NCBI GenBank assembly: GCA_946407015.1
Contig: CAMJML010000019.1
Coordinates: forward strand, 40,831 to 64,830
Direction of reading: 5' to 3'
DNA: 24,000 nucleotides
DNA from: an uncultured Selenomonadales bacterium
GTDB taxonomy: Bacteria; Bacillota; Negativicutes; DSM-1736; Dendrosporobacteraceae
Part shown: piece by piece, positions 7,953-14,137 of the stretch
Numbering within the stretch: the stretch's first letter is position 1
Layout: every line of letters starts with the position of its first letter
The notes under the pieces: generated by a model
The model's database searches: none
Told to the model about the DNA's origin: nothing
The model's input: only the letters and a program-made list of their open reading frames with translations
Translations under genes and position numbers: made by a program

Positions 7953-8190
7953 AAGAACCTATTGCTTAGGTCTGTGGTTGAAAGTCGATGCCAGTCGCAG
8001 GCGAAACGATCCACGTAAGGAGTCCAAAAGCGGCTCTGATCATGGTGCGGCTTAGAGGTAAGACCTGCCGGGAATCTTGTACATATTTTATTGCCCGAGA
8101 GTTGAAGTAGTGAGGGGATAGTTCCTAGTAGCGAAACTTCCAGCAGGCGGGTGTGGGGTCAAAGACCAGGTCGGCTAAGCAGTGGTCCTT
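7953..8190 (+). ncRNA. Candidate structured 5' leader or cis-regulatory RNA domain of unknown class upstream of the zinc-ribbon gene
   Basis: About 270 nt separate the predicted TSS from the ATG at 8220, with no ORF. Bases 7953-7969 pair with 8175-8190: 14 Watson-Crick pairs, 1 G-U, 1 mismatch and 1 bulge. This closes a GC-richer domain of about 240 nt. I could not assign a known riboswitch or RNA family. Confidence 0.4.
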
Positions 8191-8219
8191 AAAAATCATA
8201 AGGTGAGGGGATTTCTTTA

Positions 8220-8507
8220 ATGGCTTTCCAGGACAGAACTCTTAAGTGCAAAGACTGTGGATCAGATTTCGTTTTCACAGCAGGAGAACAAGAGTTTTAC
8301 GCAGAAAAAGGCTTTGAAAACGAACCAGCACGTTGCCGTGCATGCCGCGATGCGAAAAAACGGAGTCGTGAAGGTGGCGAAGCTCGTCCACAACGCGAAA
8401 TGCACGAAGTTGTCTGCGCACAATGTGGTGTAACAACACAAGTGCCTTTTAAGCCTCGCAATGATCGTCCTATTTACTGCCGCGATTGTTTTAATGCGAA
8501 TAAATAA
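8220..8507 (+). CDS. Small zinc-ribbon protein (two CxxC...CxxC units)
   Basis: 95 aa. The pairs are CKDCGSDF...CRACR and CAQCGVT...CRDCF. RBS AAGGTGAGGGG. Confidence 0.75.
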   Translation: MAFQDRTLKCKDCGSDFVFTAGEQEFYAEKGFENEPARCRACRDAKKRSREGGEARPQREMHEVVCAQCGVTTQVPFKPRNDRPIYCRDCFNANK

Positions 8508-8531
8508 CCAAACCGAATATTTGCTGATAGC

Positions 8532-8553
8532 GCCCGGGATTCCCGGGCTTTTT
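8532..8553 (+). terminator. Rho-independent terminator
   Basis: GCCCGGG-ATT-CCCGGGC is followed by TTTTT. Confidence 0.75.
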
Positions 8554-8656
8554 ACTTTTCTGACACTAGGCGTCAAATAATTGACACTTTCGCTTTGATT
8601 TTGAAGATGAATAATGAATACTGTCCATTTTGTCGCGCTATAATGTAAAAAAGTAC

Positions 8657-8686
8657 TTGATTGATAATACACCCCCTATGTATAAT
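8657..8686 (+). promoter_or_regulatory. Candidate promoter TTGATT-N18-TATAAT for the first binding-protein gene
   Basis: Hexamers read directly from the sequence. The spacer is 18 nt. Confidence 0.45.
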
Positions 8687-8727
8687 TATTTATGTGAATG
8701 CAATACATATTTGAGGGGGTTCTTATT

Positions 8728-9507
8728 GTGTCAAAAAAGGTGATCGCCTTGATCGTGCTGGGCATGTTTGTACTGGCACTTGGCCTGGCCGGTTGCGGCG
8801 GCCAAAAACAACAGCCGGCTGCACAGGCTAAAGTATTAAAAGTGGGTTCTGATACTGCGTTTGCTCCATTTGAGTTCCAGGATGAAAAAACCAAAGAATA
8901 TGTTGGTTTTGACATGGACTTAATCAAAGCAATCGGGAAACAAATGGGTTATGAAGTGCAAGTTCAAAGTATGAACTTTGACGGACTTATTCCTGCATTA
9001 GAGGCCGGCAATATTGATGCCACTATTTCGGCTATGACCATTACGGATGAACGGGCTCAAAAAGTAAACTTCTCCAAACCATACTACAAATCCGGTTTAA
9101 CCATGGTTGTTAAAACCAATAACGACAGTATTAAATCCTTCAAAGACCTGGAAGGAAAAAGCATTGGCGTTCAAATCGGTACAACCGGTGCCGATGAAGC
9201 TAAAAAAATCAAAAACGCAAAAATTCGTGAGTTCAATACCGCTCCTGAAGCCATCCTGGAACTTAGGGCCGGTGGCGTAGATGCCGTCATTAATGATATG
9301 CCGGTTAATGAATATTATCTGGCTCAAGGTGGCAGCAAAGATGCTAAAAGTGTTGGCGACCGTTTGACTTCCGAAGATTATGGTATTGCGACTGCTAAGA
9401 AAAATACCGAATTAAACGAAAAAATCAATAAAGCCTTAGAAGAGCTGAAGAAAAACGGTGAATATGAAAAAATCTATGTAAAATGGTTTGGTAAAAAACC
9501 TGAATAA
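8728..9507 (+). CDS. Amino acid ABC transporter substrate-binding lipoprotein (polar amino acid, family 3), paralog 1
   Basis: The ORF 8698..9507 is trimmed to the GTG at 8728, 8 nt after RBS GAGGGGG. This gives MSKKVIALIV...LGLAGCGG (signal peptide plus lipobox), parallel to the paralog. The SBP_bac_3-like body has FAPFEF, GFDMDL and NFSKPYY. Confidence 0.85.
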   Translation: MSKKVIALIVLGMFVLALGLAGCGGQKQQPAAQAKVLKVGSDTAFAPFEFQDEKTKEYVGFDMDLIKAIGKQMGYEVQVQSMNFDGLIPALEAGNIDATISAMTITDERAQKVNFSKPYYKSGLTMVVKTNNDSIKSFKDLEGKSIGVQIGTTGADEAKKIKNAKIREFNTAPEAILELRAGGVDAVINDMPVNEYYLAQGGSKDAKSVGDRLTSEDYGIATAKKNTELNEKINKALEELKKNGEYEKIYVKWFGKKPE

Positions 9508-9516
9508 TCGGGCTAC

Positions 9517-9550
9517 AAAACCCGGCACAGAATTGTGCCGGGTTTTCTTT
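9517..9550 (+). terminator. Rho-independent terminator
   Basis: AAAACCCGGCACA-GAAT-TGTGCCGGGTTTT is followed by CTTT. Confidence 0.8.
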
Positions 9551-9742
9551 GTCCAGGAAGCTATATTCATTGGAATGAAGTTCATGAATAAATTATGAAC
9601 GAAATATACAGAAAGAAAGACGACTTTTCATCCAATTTGGCGCACCGGATAGCTAATGAAGGGATTAGACAGGTAGTGCAAGGAAATCGTCTATTATTCA
9701 GATTAATCTAACAATACGGGGGGATTTGCAGGCAGTCTGTAC

Positions 9743-9770
9743 TTGCTGAGTACTATATTTATAGTATAAT
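9743..9770 (+). promoter_or_regulatory. Candidate promoter TTGCTG-N16-TATAAT for the second binding-protein gene
   Basis: Hexamers read directly from the sequence. Confidence 0.45.
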
Positions 9771-9802
9771 TATTAAAGAATTACATCTAGGGGGTACATA
9801 TT

Positions 9803-10573
9803 TTGTCGAAAAAAATTGCAGCGTTGTTAATCGTTGTCTTGGTGTTCACACTTGGCTTGGTTGGCTGCGGTAAGCAGACCAATACCAGTACGGCCAAAGT
9901 CCTTAAAGTTGGTGCTGAAACCACTTTCCCACCTTTTGAGTTTCAGGATGAAACCAGCAAAGAGTATGTTGGCTTTGACATTGATCTAGCCAAAGCAATC
10001 GGGAAACAAATGGGTTATGAAGTGCAAATTCAAAACATCGGTTTCGACGGTTTAATCCCTGCACTGGATGCCGGGAATATTGATCTGATTGCATCGGCTA
10101 TGTCCATTACGGACGAGCGGGCCAAAAAAGTGAATTTCTCCAAGCCATACTATAAATCCGGTTTATCGATTGTGGTTCAAAGCAGCAATAACACCATTCA
10201 CAGTTTTAAAGATCTTGAAGGCAAAAAAATTGCCGTTCAGATTGGCACCACCTCAGCGGAAGAAGCTCGTAAAATTACCAATGCTCAAGTTCGTGAGTTC
10301 AACAGCAATTCCGAAGCTTACATGGAATTGAAAAACGGCGGTGTGGATGCCGTTGTGAACGACTTACCGGTAAATTCTTACTATTTAACTAAAACCGGCG
10401 GTAAAGATGCCAAGCTGGTAGGCGAAGTAGCTAACGCGGAAGATTATGGTCTGGCGACAGCGAAGAAAAATACTGAACTGAATGAAAAAATTAATAAAGC
10501 CTTAGATGAACTCAAGAAAAACGGTGAATACGATAAAATTTATGTAAAATGGTTTGGCAAAAAGCCTGAATAA
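9803..10573 (+). CDS. Amino acid ABC transporter substrate-binding lipoprotein, paralog 2
   Basis: 256 aa with a TTG start after RBS AGGGGG. The signal peptide and lipobox are TLGLVGCG. It is collinear with paralog 1 along its whole length. Confidence 0.85.
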   Translation: MSKKIAALLIVVLVFTLGLVGCGKQTNTSTAKVLKVGAETTFPPFEFQDETSKEYVGFDIDLAKAIGKQMGYEVQIQNIGFDGLIPALDAGNIDLIASAMSITDERAKKVNFSKPYYKSGLSIVVQSSNNTIHSFKDLEGKKIAVQIGTTSAEEARKITNAQVREFNSNSEAYMELKNGGVDAVVNDLPVNSYYLTKTGGKDAKLVGEVANAEDYGLATAKKNTELNEKINKALDELKKNGEYDKIYVKWFGKKPE

Positions 10574-10584
10574 ATAAGTAAGCG

Positions 10585-10616
10585 AACCCGGCGGATGACG
10601 CCGGGTTTATTTTTTA
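10585..10616 (+). terminator. Rho-independent terminator
   Basis: AACCCGGCG-GATGA-CGCCGGGTT is followed by TATTTTTT. Confidence 0.8.
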
Positions 10617-10754
10617 TGCTTATGCTGGTTACGGGCTTTTCTGAGCATAGATCAGTGAAATCTTGTATTCAGAATACAGTATATTTATAAGACCACGAAA
10701 TAATAAAGATACACACCGCCTGGATTCTGGGGTATAATGATTTTATATAGGAGG

Positions 10755-10798
10755 CAAAGAAGCTTAAGGCGTATTTTGTGCGCTTTTAAGCTTCTTTG
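10755..10798 (+). other. 13-bp perfect hairpin (CAAAGAAGCTTAA / TTAAGCTTCTTTG) downstream of a TATAAT box; possible attenuator or small transcript end
   Basis: Stem read directly from the sequence. The loop is 18 nt and can extend through GCG/CGC pairing. TTGTTTG follows. A TATAAT lies at 10733-10738. Confidence 0.3.
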
Positions 10799-10851
10799 TT
10801 TGTCTGCCGTTTGGAAATTTTTTGTAAGGATGGGAGGGGTGTAATAAAAGG

Positions 10852-10880
10852 TTGACATGTCCTTTCCGTGTGCATATAAT
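10852..10880 (+). promoter_or_regulatory. Consensus promoter TTGACA-N17-TATAAT for the permease/ATPase operon
   Basis: Both hexamers match consensus perfectly and the spacer is 17 nt. Confidence 0.7.
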
Positions 10881-10942
10881 CATTATGTGTATTTATATTC
10901 AATAAAATTAGGTAATTATTAATAAATTAAGGGTGAAAGTGA

Positions 10943-11608
10943 ATGAATTTTGATTTTGATTTGATTGTCCGTTCCTTTCCGCTGCTGTTGATGGGAGCAG
11001 GAGTGACCATTCAGATTAGTGCGCTGAGCGTTAGCTTTGGCTTACTCATCGGGATGTTTGTAGCGATTGCTCGCTTATCCAAGCTTTGGCCTGTTAAATT
11101 TCTCGCCGGAATTTATGTTGATTTTATCCGCGGAACTCCGCTGTTGGTTCAGATATTTATTATCTATTTTGCTCTGCCTATGATTTTAGGCACCCGGATT
11201 GATCCGTTTATTGCGGCCATCACGGCATGCAGTATTAACAGTGGTGCTTATGTGGCTGAAATCTTCCGGGCCGGTATCCAATCCATTGATAAAGGACAGA
11301 TGGAAGCCGGACGCTCCTTGGGAATGACTTGGGCGCAGACGATGCGGTATATCATTCTGCCGCAGGCTTTTAAACGGATTATTCCGCCTCTGGGCAACGA
11401 GTTTATTGCCATGCTGAAAGATTCTTCGTTGGTTTCGGTGATTGGGTTTGAAGAGCTTACCCGCCGCGGCCAGCTGATCATAGCCCGTACTTATGGCTCC
11501 TTTGAAATTTGGCTGACGGTAGCCTTTATCTATCTCATCATGACACTGACAATTTCCCGCTTGGTTGATTTTCTGGAGCGGAGGTACAAAATTGATGATA
11601 AGCATTAA
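10943..11608 (+). CDS. Amino acid ABC transporter permease (His/Glu/Gln/Arg/opine family)
   Basis: 221 aa and multi-helix. It has the EAA-loop-like segment [25 protein letters not shown] typical of this permease family. Confidence 0.9.
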   Translation: MNFDFDLIVRSFPLLLMGAGVTIQISALSVSFGLLIGMFVAIARLSKLWPVKFLAGIYVDFIRGTPLLVQIFIIYFALPMILGTRIDPFIAAITACSINSGAYVAEIFRAGIQSIDKGQMEAGRSLGMTWAQTMRYIILPQAFKRIIPPLGNEFIAMLKDSSLVSVIGFEELTRRGQLIIARTYGSFEIWLTVAFIYLIMTLTISRLVDFLERRYKIDDKH

Positions 11609-12314
11609 AAATATTCACAAAAAATTTGGCAATCTCCATGTGCTCAAAGGCATCAACGCTTCTGTACAGGAAAAAGAAGTGGTCGTGGTCATCGGTCCGA
11701 GCGGATCAGGAAAAAGCACCCTGCTGCGCTGTATTAACTACCTGGAGGAGCCCACTGAAGGCGAAATTATTGTAGATGGGATTCCTCTTACCAATCAGTC
11801 CAACATTAATAAGGTCCGCGAGGAAGTGGGGATGGTTTTCCAGCGGTTCAACCTGTTTCCCCACATGTCGGTTATGGAGAACATCACCTTAGCGCCAATT
11901 CAAGTGCGGAAGATGGCTAAGGCCGACGCTGAAAAAATTGCCCTGGATTTGCTGGTCAAAGTCGGACTGGAGGATAAAGCCAGAGCTTATCCTGAACAGC
12001 TTTCCGGTGGGCAGCAGCAGCGGGTAGCCATTGCCCGGGCATTGGCTATGCGGCCGAAAATCATGCTGTTTGACGAACCAACTTCGGCGCTGGATCCGGA
12101 AATGGTCAATGAGGTTTTGGAAGTTATGAAAACGCTGGCCCGTGAAGGGATGACCATGGTGGTGGTAACCCACGAGATGGGCTTTGCCCGCGAGGTTGGC
12201 GACCGGGTCATTTTCATGGATGAAGGCAAGATTGTCGAAGAAGGAACACCTGAGGCGATCTTTAGTCATGCTCATGAAGAGCGGACCAAGTCTTTTTTAT
12301 CCAAAATATTATAA
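11595..12314 (+). CDS. Amino acid ABC transporter ATP-binding protein
   Basis: The ORF 11565..12314 is trimmed to the ATG at 11595, which follows GGAGCGGAGG and overlaps the permease 3' end. Walker A is GPSGSGKST, the signature is [15 protein letters not shown], and Walker B is [11 protein letters not shown]. Confidence 0.9.
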   Translation: MISIKNIHKKFGNLHVLKGINASVQEKEVVVVIGPSGSGKSTLLRCINYLEEPTEGEIIVDGIPLTNQSNINKVREEVGMVFQRFNLFPHMSVMENITLAPIQVRKMAKADAEKIALDLLVKVGLEDKARAYPEQLSGGQQQRVAIARALAMRPKIMLFDEPTSALDPEMVNEVLEVMKTLAREGMTMVVVTHEMGFAREVGDRVIFMDEGKIVEEGTPEAIFSHAHEERTKSFLSKIL

Positions 12315-12325
12315 GCTGGTATTCA

Positions 12326-12354
12326 TTGACAATTATAACCAGAAGTGCTATACT
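12326..12354 (+). promoter_or_regulatory. Promoter TTGACA-N17-(TGc)TATACT for csp
   Basis: The -35 is perfect, the spacer is 17 nt, and an extended -10 TG is present. Confidence 0.65.
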
Positions 12355-12413
12355 CATATTCGTGGCCCAGAATTATGGTGCGCCAGTTTATTTTTTCTAG
12401 GAGGAGTTTCAGA

Positions 12414-12614
12414 ATGATTGGTAAAGTTAAATGGTTCAGCGCGGAAAAAGGTTATGGTTTTATTGAAAGAGAAGACGGTGGCGATGTATTCGTTCATTTC
12501 TCCGCTATCCAGGACCAAGGTTTCAAAACTTTAACTGAAGGTCAATCCGTAGAGTTTGACATCGTTGAAGGCGCTCGTGGTCCTCAAGCTGCTAACGTTA
12601 CAAAGTCAGCTTAA
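12414..12614 (+). CDS. Cold shock protein (CspA family)
   Basis: The ORF 12345..12614 is trimmed to the ATG at 12414, which follows RBS AGGAGG. It gives 66 aa, [20 protein letters not shown]...DVFVHFSAI, containing the RNP1 and RNP2 motifs. Confidence 0.9.
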   Translation: MIGKVKWFSAEKGYGFIEREDGGDVFVHFSAIQDQGFKTLTEGQSVEFDIVEGARGPQAANVTKSA

Positions 12615-12633
12615 TTCAATAAACAGCGATCCT

Positions 12634-12658
12634 GCCCGGCTCATGAAGCCGGGCTTTT
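12634..12658 (+). terminator. Rho-independent terminator of csp
   Basis: GCCCGGC-TCATGAA-GCCGGGC is followed by TTTT. Confidence 0.8.
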
Positions 12659-12681
12659 GATTTTATTGAGGAACCCAATTT

Positions 12682-12790
12682 TAACCGCGAAGTACTTGAA
12701 GGACTCAAAGGGGTACGACAATTTCTGGCGCGATATTATCGCGCCGGTTTTTTTGCATTCCCTTAGCGTACGTTGAGTCTTTTGTGGTTA
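12682..12790. repeat. Copy B of the 9-bp-module inverted-repeat element (variant core), enclosing a terminator-like hairpin
   Basis: Left arm: AACCGCGAAG TACTTGAAG GACTCAAAG GGGTACG (12683-12717). Apex hairpin: GGCGCGAT-ATT-ATCGCGCC followed by GGTTTTTTT (12727-12754). Right arm: CCCTTAGCGTACGTTGAGTCTTTTGTGGTTA (12760-12790). Confidence 0.55.
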
Positions 12791-12889
12791 TAAATTGAAC
12801 TTGTCTAAATATTTGTAACTTTTTGATAGGATTTTTTTGTTTTTTGGAGAATAATATAGCTATAGGATACAGGAAAGGGGATGGGTACT

Positions 12890-13426
12890 ATGGCAACATT
12901 TACAGTAAGAGGAAAGAACATTGAAATTACACCAGCATTAAAAGACTATGTAGAAAAACGGGTAGGCAAAGTCACAAAATACTTTGACGCCGTTGGAGAA
13001 ATTACTGTAATCCTGACTGTTGAAAAAGGCCGACATATTGTTGAGGTAACAGTTCCGCTAAATGGTATGTTACTAAGAGGTGAAGAGTCCACCACCGATA
13101 TGTATGCTTCCATTGATCTTGTGCTTGATAAACTGGAAAAACAAATTGAAAAATATAAAACCAAACTGGCCCGTAAATTACGCGCAGGGGTTATGAAGCC
13201 TGATATTGCGGCCAGCTCACTGACTCCGGCTCTGGACGGCGATGAATTCCCGCTGGTTAAAACCAAACGGTTTGCCGTGAAGCCGATGGATGTTCAAGAA
13301 GCCATCATGCAAATGAACCTGATCAACCATGACTTCTACGTATTTACCAACGCCGAAACCGAAGATGTCAACGTAGTCTATCGTCGCAAAGACGGTGCCT
13401 ATGGCTTGATCGAACCAGAACTCTAA
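12890..13426 (+). CDS. hpf: Ribosome hibernation promoting factor, long form
   Basis: The ORF 12881..13426 is trimmed to the ATG at 12890, about 9 nt after GGAAAGGGG. This gives MATFTVRGKNIEITPALKDYVEKR, the canonical HPF/YvyD N-terminus. The C-terminal dimerisation domain is FAVKPMDVQEAIMQMNLINHDFYVF. Confidence 0.9.
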   Translation: MATFTVRGKNIEITPALKDYVEKRVGKVTKYFDAVGEITVILTVEKGRHIVEVTVPLNGMLLRGEESTTDMYASIDLVLDKLEKQIEKYKTKLARKLRAGVMKPDIAASSLTPALDGDEFPLVKTKRFAVKPMDVQEAIMQMNLINHDFYVFTNAETEDVNVVYRRKDGAYGLIEPEL

Positions 13427-13444
13427 AAATCAATCAAGATAGAT

Positions 13445-13478
13445 ATAGCCCGTACCATGTTAAGATGGTATGGGCTAT
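13445..13478 (+). terminator. Hairpin after hpf
   Basis: A 14-bp stem ATAGCCCGTACCAT / ATGGTATGGGCTAT (one G:T pair) encloses loop GTTAAG. A weak T-tract TTATGTTT follows. Confidence 0.55.
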
Positions 13479-13534
13479 TTATGTTTCGCTAGAATGCTGT
13501 TAAGCACAGAGTAAGCAGAAGAATAATAAAAATT

Positions 13535-13565
13535 AAGCGCGATCCACTGTCGCGCTTGTTTTTTT
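13535..13565. terminator. Bidirectional terminator-like hairpin
   Basis: AAGCGCGA-TCCACTG-TCGCGCTT is followed by GTTTTTTT on the + strand and preceded by AATAATAAAAATT. It can therefore also serve the minus-strand small ORF. Confidence 0.65.
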
Positions 13566-13614
13566 GTAACTATTCTGGCTTTCTGCGGGGAAGCGTTTGT
13601 TTTATGGATTGCTT

Positions 13615-13815
13615 CTAGCGGCAGCGGCGTGTCAGGGTAATTTCGGCCTCGGTAGCCAATTCCAATTCACGGGCTTTTTGGCTAAACTCCATTCGGGAAA
13701 TAATGCCTTTCTCGATCAGCAGCTCAATGAGTGTGGCAACGGCTAGTGTATTTTTGTAATCCACTTCTTTTAAGTCGGCAATTTGGCCGAATAGTTCAAT
13801 GGTCTCCATCTTCAT
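13615..13815 (-). CDS. Small hypothetical protein (66 aa, predicted helical)
   Basis: A strong RBS AGGAGGAG lies 3 nt upstream of the ATG. The gene has its own downstream terminator. I recognise no family. Confidence 0.5.
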   Translation of the reverse strand: MKMETIELFGQIADLKEVDYKNTLAVATLIELLIEKGIISRMEFSQKARELELATEAEITLTRRCR

Positions 13816-14137
13816 GATACTCCTCCTGCCTACTACTTAGTATCAGTATACCCAAATCCAGGAAAAATCATTCGTGGGGATTTAAACTTTAAAATTAAAT
13901 GTCAAAGTAGTCATAATTTACAAAATAAACTAAAAAGGTATACATATTAACTTATTATTGACAAGTCCTAGTTTTTTAATTATCTTAAGTATATATTTTA
14001 AGTGGACTCTTGCCGCGGAATGTTGCGGCATTTCATTTTCCGAGTTTTTGAGGAAATTTTTTCAATATTCATTATAATTAATGGGCTTCTGATGGTTCAC
14101 CGGATACGTAGACTAGATAGAATGGGGCAAGTAAGGC

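Noticed and set aside
8056-8068. AAGACCTGCC resembling the 3' half of the cobalamin riboswitch B12 box
   Set aside because: The other conserved cobalamin-riboswitch elements (GGTG...AATCC...GCCACTG core, at the correct spacing) are not present. The nearest GGTG lies only about 15 nt upstream.
8164-8185. CCAGGTCGGCTAAGCAG resembling the SRP RNA helix 8 sequence CCAGGTCCGGAAGGAAGCAG
   Set aside because: It lacks the GGAA tetraloop and the symmetric-loop partner strand. It lies at the 3' end of the domain rather than at the apex, and it is used in the closing helix with 7953-7969.
14011-14040. Small hairpin TGCCGC-N8-GCGGCA plus TTTCATTTT in the hydrogenase operon 1 upstream region, considered as an attenuator
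   Set aside because: The stem is only 6 bp and the T-tract is interrupted. It is too weak to call without transcript data. It is mentioned under the small-ORF finding only.
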